64,000 nt of DNA, taken from positions 1 to 64,000 of the forward strand of contig CDMY01000324.1 in the NCBI GenBank assembly GCA_001179505.1. The letters run 5' to 3'. Positions 1 through 11,517 of the stretch are shown one piece after another. Source of the DNA: Vitrella brassicaformis CCMP3155. Lineage: Eukaryota > Protista > Chromerida. Positions within the stretch are counted from its first letter, which is position 1, and the number at the start of each line of letters is the position of its first letter. The notes beneath the pieces were generated by a model, which was given only the letters and a program-made list of their open reading frames with translations, was not told the origin of the DNA and did not search any database. The position numbers and the translations under genes are program-made.

Positions 1-721
1 TGTCGATGAGATGCTGTCGATGAGATGATGTGTGTGTCCCCCTCACACACTGGCTGAAGATGAAGTGACATAGCTGCCTAGTAGTGCACGCCCGCCCCAT
101 CACGACCCAAACCCAGATGCACAGAACAGCTAGACAGCAGAGGAAAGAGAGGCCAGAAGGGCAACAAAGCAGTCCAGCCTCAGGCGCAGAACGTGCAGGC
201 AAGTAAAGATGCTGTGTCGATGAGATGCTGTCGATGAGATGATGTGTGTGTCCCCCTCACACACTGGCTGAAGATGAAGTGACATAGCTGCCTAGTAGTG
301 CACGCCCGCCCCATCACACACGACCGATCCACCCAAACCCAGATGCACAGAACAGCCAGACAGCAGAGGAAAGAGAGGCCAGAAGGGCAACAAAGCAGTC
401 CAGCCTCAGGCGCAGAACGTGCAGGCAAGTAAAGATGCTGTGTCGATGAGATGCTGTCGATGAGATGATGTGTGTGTCCCTCTCACACACTGGCTGAAGA
501 TGAAGTGACATAGCTGCCTAGTAGTGCACGCCCGCCCCATCACACACGACTGATCCACTGTAAACCCAGATGCATAGAATAGCCAGACAGCAGGAGAGAG
601 AGAGGCCAGAAGGGCAACAGAGCAGGCCAGCCTCCGGCGTGTGTGATGGGGCGGGGGTGCACGCCAGCCCCATCACACACGACTGATCCACCCCACACCC
701 AGATGCACAGAACAGCCAGAC
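1..721. repeat. Tandem repeat, ~214-226 bp unit (units start at 1, 215, 441; partial sub-unit at ~656-721), truncated by the window start
   Basis: TGTCGATGAGATGCTGTCGATGAGATGATGTGTGTGTCCC...GCAAGTAAAGATGCTG recurs at 1, 215 and 441 with small indels; the ACCCAGATGCACAGAACAGC sub-block recurs again near 697. Confidence 0.9.
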
Positions 722-1073
722 GGAGGGAAAGGAAAGCAGTAGAATAGACAGAGGGAGGGGGGGCGACCGAGACACAAACTGACAGGCAGGCAAAGAACCC
801 CCCCCGCCTCACCCACCCGGCCGTCTTCGCTTCAAAGGGTCTCGAAAGGACATAGGCCAGGACACCAGGTAGTCACCGTCACCGCCGAGATGATGCGAGA
901 GCGCCGGCACGCCAAGCTCCTTCGAGCGATGTCGAGCGATGTTGTAAGACCAGATCTATGCCGGGAGTCGCCAGACCGGCTGACAGTAGAGCCGTAGAGT
1001 GGCTGAGAGCTCGAAGGGGCGCGTGGTGGTGACACATCTGCCGCTCGTGGAAAGAGGTGTCGAATGAGAACGA

Positions 1074-4000
1074 ATGACAGGTCGACAGGACCGGGAGGGC
1101 GAGGCGGAGCCGATGGCAAGCTCCCCCCCCCGCCCTCGAGGGCAAGGAGGGGTGCTGTTGGCCGATCTCAGTGCGAGCTTAGTGTTGCATGCAAAGCCCC
1201 CAAGCTCGCATATGCGTTCGTTCTCCCCCCCCCACCCTCCTTTGTACAGATGGTGCGTCCATGAAAATAGTGCGAGTCCCGGAAAAGAACGGGGACGAAG
1301 GTGAGAGACGAAATGGATGTCGCTGAAGAGGCTCACCGAGGCGTCATTCCCACGTTTATCGCCCAGTGCGTGAAGGAGTACTCGACGACACCGTCATTCA
1401 CTTGCGTGACGAGGCTGCGGGAGAAGAGAACGGCTGTCCCAGGTCATGAGGAGACGGGCAGGGCAACGTTGAACCAACATCCTTGGTCACGAGTGAGCGA
1501 CTGCAGGAGAAAGCGGCTCTTTTCCACAGCGGAGCCTTCACAAGACTTAGTGTGTGTGTTTCTTCGTGCTTGAATGGTGTGTTCAGAGTCCTCGTTACGA
1601 GCCTGGTTTGGTTGAGTCGACGCTGAGAGCTCCGACAAAGGACGAGAAACCTATCCTGAGGTGACTCCTGTAACAGTTCCGCACACTGCAGTGAACCGGA
1701 TCTCTTTTGTTTGTCTCCAGAGTTCACTCGTACCTGGAGCACCTTCATGGCGAACTCGACAGGCAAAACATCGCTCTGCAGGTAAGCTCAATGCCGCTGC
1801 CTCTCTCGTCTCGATCTCAGCCCGCCTTCCCTTTGTCCGCTCTCAGCAGTCCCTGTTGCATGCGCAGAATCTTCGGAACGGAGAACGGGGAAAACGACGA
1901 TCCCCATCAACCTTTCTCGGATCTGGCCGAGCCGACTGCTCCCTGTATCAGGAGCAGGCAGAAGATGGTCTTCGCAGAGCCATCAGGAAACAGCCACCCG
2001 AAGAGAGGGACGCAGGTGAGACAAATATCCAACGGACAATGTCTGTCATCACTCCTGACATCGCTTGTTGTCAAGTTAGGCCGACATGTAAGAGGGAGCA
2101 GTCGGCTGAACGGCGGCATGACGCATGTATGCAAGGCAAAAACACCCTGATTCATTGAAGTCTTCATTCTCACTCTATGCAGGGGATCGATGGCGAGTGC
2201 CATGTCCGCAGACTTGATAAACGTGACCTCGGCGCACTGATCCCGTCATTTTATCCACCGCGGCCGGCCAAGCGTCTTCGCTCTCGGTCCCTCCCACCCC
2301 CAGAAACACAGGACGAGCAACAGGCACTGCTTCGCGACACGAGCGGTGAAAAAGAGCCGGGATTCGACGATGTCTTTGAGAAAGAAGCCGACACTGTCAG
2401 GGCGCAAACGAGAGACGGGATCCTCTTCCGTGATGGCCATCTGCTGACCCCTACTGCGAGAAACGAGCCAAGAGTATCATCGGTTCCGCCAGTGCCGCGC
2501 TCGACCGGGGTGATTATGAGAGAGCTGAAGCCCCATCCCAATCCTCTCGTCCTGCCGGCAGTCTCTCTCCGCCACTACCCAAACGAATACAGACAATGGC
2601 CAAGCCTCGACCCTTGTCCGCAAATGGCTGCGCAACTGAAGAATCTGGATGAGAGGAAAACGGCTCTGCTCCACCAGTCTAGGAGGGGCGAGAAGCGGGC
2701 GGCAAACGAGCAAGAACCATTCGATGTCATGTCTTGGTGGCGGGGAGACAGAATGCAGCATGGAGTCAATGCAAGAGAGGAAACGACGAAGCAACACAAT
2801 CCAGCGGAGGTCAGGCCCACGCCAGCAGACCAGACGGAGCCAAGAAAACCTGCGGAAGCGAGCCAACTTCAACCACAGCCAGATCCTCCGAGGACTGAAG
2901 ACAATGCGCCGTCACTGTCTGTATCGGCCTCGCCCCCGCCGCGCTCGCCCTCCCCCCACGACGAGCAAGCGCTCATACATCGCGATCGGTGAGACAAAAC
3001 ACGCCCGATACGCATTTTCGCTGCGATGACGTTTCCTTCTGCTGCTTCCGTGCAGTCAAGTGGTGAGATATTCAATTCGATGCCACCAGTCAGTGCGACA
3101 GCTCCTGAACAGCCCCCACAGCAGCCTGTTGATGCGGGATTTGAAAACGTCGCCGTGCCGGCGTTCAGCTTACCGCAAGAACCGGCTAAGGGCCCTTCGA
3201 GTGAGGAGATGCATAAGCAGGAAAGTATACATGACGAAAGTAGCGACATGTTTGGATCTGGCGGGTTGCAAGAGCGGCCAAGAGGCCTACACCGGGTATG
3301 GTTGCAGTCGAGCCAGCCATGGAAGAGGAAGAGGAAGAGGAAGAAGAGATCACAGCGTTGAACTTGACGGACGAGGTAAGGAGGAAGAACGACAAAGTCG
3401 ATCTGACTGCAATTCTCATTCTCTTATCTCCCGTAGATGGTGGCAAACGACGAAGACGTAGAGGACGTCGTCGAGCCTGCCGCCGAAGGTATGTCAACCA
3501 CGGTTGTGCGCAATGTCCAGCCATCCATCGACCACCCCGCATCCGTGTCTCTACCAAGGATCAAGAGGAGCGGTTCCTTCTCTCGCCATCCATCCAGAGA
3601 GTCCTATTCGTCATCTTCCACTTCGGTTTCACCTGTCGCTCCTCCAGCTCCCTGGGTCACGCCCCCCCATACACCGCCAATGCCCTCACCCAAGGCTGTC
3701 CATGCCGCACGAAGGAATTCTGACGCCCTCGTCGGGGCGATTGCCAAGTCTGGTGGTCTCAAAAAACTGTCGAGAGAGTGCGTCGTGCGTCGCTGCAGAC
3801 GCCCTTCCCGCGTCTTCGCTTACTGGCATTGACAGCCACTGTCGAAGACTAACACCGGAGGGGCTCGGTGTCGATGGTCGTGGAGGAGAAGGAAGAGCCT
3901 GAAGAAGTCCAGGCGGAAAGTGAAATGGCGCATCCCGCCGGTTCCGATGCTGGAAGCGTGGCGGGGAGGTCTGGGCGGGGTGAGGTGATAAGCCTGATGC

Positions 4001-6423
4001 AGACTGTGGGGGAGATTGTGAGGCAGCCGCAGTCATTCATGGAGAGGCTTGAGGGCTTTCTGCCTGCGACCCAGCCGGCTGAGCCGACCAAGACATCACC
4101 CGTGTCTCCACCAAAGAAGAGAAGCTCTCTTTCGTCCCTTCCGTCGTTCCCTCTCGGCTCACTTGCGGAGGAAGTGCCTGCATCGTCCAGCGCTGAAGAG
4201 AGCCCCGAGACAGAGGAGAGCGAGAGGTCGGTGGAGCGAGGCCCAGTGGCACGGATGGGTGATCGAGTGACCAACCTAATCACTGGGGCGCTGGACAATA
4301 TCGGGCTTGGTTCTCAAACGACGCCCGAGAAGGCTGAATCACCGCCTAGGCCATCCCTATCTGTTGCACCTCCCCCTCCTCCCCCTCCTCCCCGGCTGGA
4401 AGAGAAGAGGCGATCGAGCACTGACAAAGACATACGGCCCTCCGTCTTCTCACAAGTGTCGACATACGCTCCCACACAGATGTTCCGTCAATCGGTCGCT
4501 GCGCGGGAGGAGGCTGACGAGCCGTCAATGTCATCATCAGAGGCTGAGGGAGAAACTGAGACAGGTGTGTTTCAACTAAGGCGGTTCCTGCCCCAGCAAC
4601 TCTTTGCCGCGGCACTCACGGCCAAGGATTCCTTTCCATCATTGCCCGAGTTGAAAAACGTCGCAGAGAGGGATGAGAGTTTGTCGTCGGCGTCTTTCAC
4701 GCCTTCTTCTGAGCGGCAAACAAGGGCTGCAAAGGCGCAGGCATCGCGGCCGACGTCTCCGCCAGTCCGTGTACCGCCACTGAAGCTACACACACGTGGG
4801 ACCGCCCCGAAGGATGAAAAGATCTCGCCCATCAAGACGGTTATTCGGGCGAAAGAACAAGTCAGCCCGCCACGACCAATCACCAAAGCAGGTAGATATT
4901 CATAGAATAGCGAGGACAGGCACCAGCCCTTGAATGCGTGTCTGTCTGTCTGTCTGTCTATCTCTGTCTGTCTCTTTTGCCTGCAGCTGCCAGCACTGCC
5001 AAAGAGCAACTGGCTCCTGCAGAGTCTGCCACGGCAGAAGAGCCGTCAGGGATGCCATCGAGGACCCAGTCAGTGCCGTTCAAGACAGGAAGGAGCCGTG
5101 AGTCCCTCCAGTCACAGCACAGATACTATACCGCCAAGTCGCCAACCTCACTCACCGACAGGGACAGACGCCTGTCAGGTAACACACCAACGAATACAAT
5201 GTGTTCGACAGAATGTGCCTCTTTCCACTTCCCTGACAGGTCGAAGACGCATGACGGCGGACCCACCCGCCCATTTGACATCGATGCACGCCATGTCCTT
5301 CAAGACTTACACCGACGAGGCCCCCATCATGGCTGACGAAGCATTCGAGAGCCTTCCCTCCTCTGAAGCCACATCCCATCAGCCGCTCGAAGTTGAAACG
5401 AAGGAGGAAGCAGCTATTGACCATCAAGCGGAACTTGTCTCGGAGTCCGCAAGCGACACACGGCGGGAAATCATCCAAGCGCCAGCAAGCAGCGAGCAGC
5501 AAGCGCCCCCCGTGGGGCCGATTCCGCCAAGGAAGGATGTCTGGCTACCAGAGGCCAAGACAGAGAAGATCGATGAGGCTCCGCCAGCTCTGCCGATTCA
5601 TTCGAGGCCAACGGACGATGGAGTGGCTGCTCGTGTTGAAAAGGAAGCGGGCAAAGAAGTGAATGAAGCTGCGCCAGAAGATGCGGAGGCAAAGTTCTCT
5701 GACCAGGTCGTGGCCGTGGGGGAGAGTGAAAGGGAGAGGGCAGAGGACACTGATGAAGCTCCACAGCAGCTCGAAGAGCCGCAGCCGGCAGTCAAAGCAG
5801 CATCGCTGATCCCTCTGGTTGTTGAGCAAGATCTCCAGACTGGAACAAAAGATGTGGCTGAAGTTCCGGAGCAGCATCAAAGTGACAAGGCGGAGTACAC
5901 TGATGAAGTGCCACAACAGCCAGAGGGGCCACCACCGGCAGCCGACGCGGCATTCGCACCTATCGCTGCAGCGGCGATCCCTGCAAAAGCAGAGCCGGTG
6001 CTCGAGGTGGAAAGAAAAGGCTCGGCTGATGTTCTGGAGACACGAGGAGACTTGCGTGCAGCGCTTCCGCTTCCCCCACCGAGTCCTCCAGAAAGCGAAG
6101 CCTCGCATGAGGGGGACAAGTCTGTAGCTGCAGAGGAGAGGAGCGGCTCTGACGATAGTGTCCCGCCACCGCCGCAACCAGCGCCCTATGCTCAAGAGCC
6201 GATCGAGGTTGCAGCCGCTCCCGCTGCCCATCCCCCACGGCTACCTAGCCCCTCTGCGTCTCCCAGCTCATCCATTGAGACATCCTCCCGCCGCTCTCTA
6301 CCTTCACAATCTCGACGACCCCCGCCCCTTCCACCACCTGCCCCGCCTCAAGCCCCTGACGAGGCGGTATCGCTATCATCGCATGGGTCCCTGTCGATGC
6401 AAGACGAAGGTGATAGTGGATGA
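1074..6423 (+). CDS. Large multi-exon low-complexity (P/S/E-rich) hypothetical protein; 5' end uncertain
   Basis: Long ORFs 2177-2992, 3868-4905 and 4930-6423 are linked in frame by GT-AG introns (e.g. 3201-3307 joins PS-I-EPAMEEEE); internal duplication AEDTDEAPQQ/AEYTDEVPQQ; no recognisable domain. Confidence 0.65.
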
Positions 6424-6879
6424 GTGTGAGATGATGAGATGATTGTCCTGTATGTGTCTGTGTCGAGCCACGATCTTTGCATGAAGACATTGCGATTCAT
6501 CAAAATTGTCACGGTGTAACTGACCAGTCAAAACGTCGGCTTGCGCCCTTCCATCAATCTTCTGTTTCCTTTCTCCCGACCTTACTGGCCGAGTGCGTTA
6601 CCACCGACTCACTGTTTCCTTTCCGTTCCCACCACCTCACTTTTGTCTTCGATTACTCTGCCTCCTCTTCCTCCTCACTCTCTTCCTCCTCTCCCTCCTC
6701 CCTCTCTCCCTCCTCTCCCTCCTCCCCTTCGTCGTCATCCTCATCCCCTTCGTCGTCATCCTCATCCTCCACCTCTCCACTGCCCCACCCCCTCTCACAC
6801 TCGCCCTCCTCACTCTCTCCCTCCCCCTCTCCCTCCTCTCCCTCCACCTCCTCACTGCCCCGACACTTCTTCTTCTTCT

Positions 6880-7536
6880 TCCTTCTCTGCCGTAGCATCT
6901 CGCCACACAGCCGAGCGGCCAGTCCAGCAGGCTTGGCTGGTCGACCCTTGGCGCAGGTCGGCCAGACGAACTGACCCTTGTTGTCAGTCTGCAACGAGCA
7001 CACAGACGACTCGTGCAGACGGGCCGGCGTATACTGACTGCCTTATTCTGCATATCAATGCAGTGTGGTGGACCATCCGGCCAGCCACAGAAACCTCCCG
7101 TCACTTACTCGACAACACAAACGCTGCCAATCCCGACTTGTCTTTCCGTGTCTGAAGGTTCCGATCCCGAGTCCGCCAAGTACTGCCACCTCTTCAGTGG
7201 TGTGCCGGCAGAATGGGACAAGGAATTCGATGAATTGCCCGCATTCCTCGAGGCTCTCCGCTCAGCCAACGCTGTGAGTACACGCTGACATACACACCCC
7301 ATCCAATGGAAAAGACACGGACACATTCTCTCTCTCTCTCTGTGTGCTGTATTATCCAGCACTGGTGGCCTGCATCTGACTGCAGTCCTGACCACGACAA
7401 CACGCCGGCAGGCGCAATGGTGAACCAATTCTCGGGAATGCTGCAAAGATCAGGCGGACACACACACTGGTGGACTCCTTCATCGTGGGATGCTTCCACA
7501 GTCACCTCTTCTTGGTGTTCTGGCCGTAGAAATTGA
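6880..7536 (+). CDS. Putative small spliced hypothetical gene (exon GSDPESAKYCHLFSGVPAEWDKEFDELPAFLEALRSANA)
   Basis: GC3-rich exon ~7159-7273, donor GTGAGT at 7274, acceptor at 7359; start not resolved. Confidence 0.35.
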
Positions 7537-7936
7537 TGTGGTAAAGATCAGGACTGCAGGGCTCGGCTTTGGTGGAGTGTCCGGCCACGACACCACCAGC
7601 TGTGGCATCCAGGATCAAGACTTGGCAGTCCGCATCGCCGTTGTGGAGCTTGACCCCCGTTCTGCTGTACACACGGCCGCCGCTCCTCCAGACGTAGAGA
7701 TGCTGACCACGGGATGGTGCGATTGTTGCCATGATGCCTTGACACACGAGTTTGCCGCTAGGCAACCATATGTGAGGACGGAAATTGAAGTGGAAAACAG
7801 AGGGGAAAAGTGGTGGGCGGCCAGTGCATCCTGGCCCGGGGGGGCTCGGCGTCTTTTTCCACTGGGTGGGTATACACCGAGAATACGGACGCCAACAGCC
7901 ACAGTGGAGAGGCTGTCGAGCCAGCCCTGGCCTCAT
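7360..7936 (-). CDS. Putative spliced hypothetical gene (FHFNFRPHIW...FYGQNTKK|SIPENWFTIAP); ends uncertain
   Basis: GC3-rich ORF 7502-7936; intron 7505-7441 with a GTGT-rich 3' end preserves the frame. Confidence 0.4.
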
Positions 7937-8093
7937 TCTTGCAGAGGGCGATGAAGGTGAGCCAGCCCTGCCTCATTCTTGCAGAGGGCGATGAAGGTGA
8001 TAGTGGAGAGGAGTTCTTGCAGAGGGCGATGAAGGTGATAGTGGAGAGGAGGGGTGATAGTGGAGAGGAGGGGTGATAGTGGAGAGGAGGGAG
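7920..8093. repeat. Nested short tandem duplications: TTCTTGCAGAGGGCGATGAAGGTGA x3 and GGTGATAGTGGAGAGGA x4
   Basis: Directly visible repeats. Confidence 0.85.
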
Positions 8094-8130
8094 CGTCACT
8101 GGCTTCATCCGCCGGGCTGCGTCGAGAGAC

Positions 8131-8640
8131 ATGGCGTCATTCCTCCCACAACAGCTGTTCGGGCCGACTCCTCCCCCGCCACCAGACAAGCGAGCGTCGG
8201 CTGCCAGCGTTCTTTCAACACATGAGCCCCCGGTGCCGAGCCCAGCAGCCGCAAAGGCAAAGATCGCTCCTGCCACACCTCCCCCAGCCCCCCCTGCCGA
8301 TCTCTTCGACGAATCTGAGAAGTCCGACACGTCTTTGCGTGGTCGACTGGCAGCAAATCTTATCAAGGGCCGTGAGTTTGCGGCGACAGTTCTCAACAAC
8401 ATGAGGGGTCAGACGGGACAGGGGACTGCAGCGCCACCTCGGCCTCCCCCTGCGCCCCATCGGCCTTCTCCAATGGCATCGATGCCGAGTGGCACGTTCT
8501 CTGAGAAAGCATCTGTCTCGCGATCATCATCCTCTGTTGGAGCTGCCCCCGGTGTCGCCTCTCGGCCGAAACCGAAGCCCCGTCCCCCCCCAATGATCCC
8601 GTTGCTGCACAGATCGCCTGGCTCCGCCGACTCAGACTGA
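8131..8640 (+). CDS. Proline-rich hypothetical protein, 169 aa
   Basis: Uninterrupted ORF with protein-like composition; no domain recognised. Confidence 0.5.
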   Translation: MASFLPQQLFGPTPPPPPDKRASAASVLSTHEPPVPSPAAAKAKIAPATPPPAPPADLFDESEKSDTSLRGRLAANLIKGREFAATVLNNMRGQTGQGTAAPPRPPPAPHRPSPMASMPSGTFSEKASVSRSSSSVGAAPGVASRPKPKPRPPPMIPLLHRSPGSADSD

Positions 8641-9077
8641 GAAACCGGCCAGGATAGGGAGGGGGGGAAGGGAAAGAGGGGCGGTTCTTTGAGAGATATT
8701 GATTGACGTCATAGGGCCCTTTGTCTCATAGATAGATAGTGTGGCATCGTCCATAGAGTCTTCGCTGCCGACGATTTGTGTCTGTTGTGTGTGGATTATT
8801 GCCGGTGTGTCGGTGTCCCTCAGCCCTACGTGTGTGCCTTGATCTCACCCTCCCTGCATGCGAGCAAGAAGCTCATCAAACACACGCAGAAACACCAGAG
8901 GCTCTCCTTCTTGACCCCCTACAAAGTCAAGAATTGAGCACGATCACGTACCTCGTGGTTTTGCATAGTTTTCCTTGAGAGCATGCTTCCGATGAGGCAG
9001 CGTCGTCCGCCGTGACGCCATCCGTCCCAGCGGTCACACCGATCCATCCGTCAGCCTCCCTCCCATCTTCTCGTGCG

Positions 9078-11149
9078 ATGTCCCAGGGTGACCCTCTGCC
9101 CTTCACAGGGAAGGTGACGCAGCGATGGAACGCTGAGACCATCCGGGATGAGACCAACAACATGGCGGTCAAGACGCTGCGCGTGTTCGTCAAGAACTCG
9201 GTGCCGACGCCGAGGGGAGGCGGGTCGGGGCACATAGCGAAGGTCAAGAGCATCTATCGGACGCTGGAAGGTCAGCGGGAATGCATAAGGAGTCATTGTT
9301 GGGGTCCCAGAGGGTGTGGGTGTGATGATGCCGTGTTAATGTGTGATGTGTTTGCAGACCGTCCTGAGGTAGAGATTCGTTTGCTTGGGAACTTTGCCAC
9401 CGTGTTGGACTTCGTCAAGGCAGGGGTGGGCAGGGCAGGGCAGGCAACACGCGCGCAGCACACACTTGTCTGTCTTCCTTTCAACCATTCACTGGTGTGC
9501 CTGTGTCAATATGGTGGGCGGGTGGTTTGGTTCAGGACGAGATCCGTCTTGATTTCGCTGAGTGGAAGTTCCGCAACGCTCCTCAGGAGCAGCACCAGCT
9601 CAACGACAACTACGCCATCATGGACCCGACGGCAGCCAACCCAGAGGCCAGAGTACGCCACAAACTCACACACTCATGACATTCGGTAACCTGCTCTCCC
9701 CATCCATGCAGGTGCAGGTGGTTCGTCAGGACTACGAAGGCTTCCCCGCGAGCGTCAAGGCAGAGGATGCGGCCACATCCGACCCAACAGCCATCGTCCT
9801 CCGCCTGCCCAAGTGGACCCAGCAGTGCCGCCCGCCAGCAGGTGTGTCGGGAGCGACGAGTGCAGGGACGGCTCCGGGAGGGGGAGGGAGGGGGGCGGGG
9901 GGCGGTGCTCGGGCTGCCAAGGCGCGCAAGTACTACTATCAGCAGCTGGCGCAACTCAATGAGCGGGCGGAGGTAGGGATGTATGTTGGCACATTCTGTC
10001 TGTCTGTCGGGGTAGGGATGTGCATCTGACCCGGTGTGTGTGGGTGCGGTGCTGTGCTGTGCTGTGCTGTGCTGTCGGCAGAGTAATCTGTATGGCGTCG
10101 TTTGGGAGAACTCGAACAAGCCCCAAAGACCGTCCAGTGGGAACGGTACGCATGCAGCACATGGGCGGAAAAAGCAGCACACGATTGGCTTTGTGTTTGT
10201 GTCCTTCCTTCCTTCCTTCCTTGCTCCCTCGCCTCTGCAGTGGCTTTTTACAACGTGTTGCTGGTTGACGAGAGCACGGGCATTCCGACGGCTCAGCCAC
10301 AGCCCGAGAAGCCCATCCACTCGCTGCAGCTCACCTGTGACACGCCAGACCAGCTGCCATTCCTCACAGCGGGCGACATCGTCCGGGTCCACAGGACGCG
10401 CGTGAGCCAACGACACTTAGATCCATCGCACCATATGACCACGGAGGCATTTCTGCATCTCTCTCTCTCTCTCTCTCAGCCGCTGTTCAAGAATGTTTTG
10501 GGGCAGCGTTACATGAACCTCCAGTTCGACAACTGGAAGACCAGCGTGCGCTACTGGACGGGCGATGCCGCCTCGACGCCCACACAGGCCAATGCCGGTG
10601 AGCGTCCACCCATCCATCCATCCTCTGGTGAATGCGTCGCGGTCACCTCTGTGTGTTGTGTGAAGGCATAGTGGGGAGCCGTCAGATCAAGACGACGTTC
10701 GAGCAGGACGACGAGACGACCATACAGCAGCTCAAGAAATGGGCACACGACCACATGGAGAACAACGCCGGTACGCATACACACTAACGTGCTCCACATG
10801 AATTCACTGCGCTGCTCCATGTCTGTGTCCATCCATCCATCAGTGTACTCCTCTCGCTATGTCAAGAGCCTGAGCGACGTGCTGCACAACACCACCGACA
10901 AGTACTTCGACGTCATCGCACGGGTAACAGAGAGAGAAAGAGCCTACCCCAATCCCTTCTCCCATTTCGTGTGCATCAGGTGTATGAGGTGAGGTTTGCC
11001 CCCCCGCTGCCCCGCGTCATGCCCAACGGCGTCGTGGAGCAGCCCATGACGGACGCCCACGGGCGCCACGCTTTCAGACTCATTGTAGAGGACGGCACCA
11101 CCACGTGAGCAACCTGCTGACTCAAGAGGGAGGACGGCGGGCGTGGACA

Positions 11150-11185
<36 letters not shown>

Positions 11186-11480
11186 TGTGTGCAGTGACAG
11201 GTTTCACGTATCTGGCGTCTCTGAGGACACGGCGGCCTTCCTCATGAGCGAGCCGGTCTGCCAGCCAGACAGTCAGCCGCGCAGCCGTGCATCATGCGCA
11301 TGTCCTGCGTGTGTGTGTGTCTGCCTGTGTCTGTGTGTCCCCAGGGCGCCCTGCAGCCGTTCGATTGGATCCGCCTGCGCAACATCTTCCTCATGGATGA
11401 GAAACTCAAAGACGAAGCCGGACAAGAGCGTACGGGTGGAGCCAGTCAGGGAGATGACAGAGGCGCTGCACACGAGACCA

Positions 11481-11517
<37 letters not shown>

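Noticed and set aside
6593-7003. Acidic minus-strand ORF (EEGEEGE...) and S/P-rich plus-strand ORFs
   Set aside because: Low-complexity CT-rich tract is open in several frames; could be a real last exon but the strand and linkage cannot be supported
7490-7954. + strand ORF of 154 aa
   Set aside because: Antisense shadow of the GC3-rich minus-strand exon
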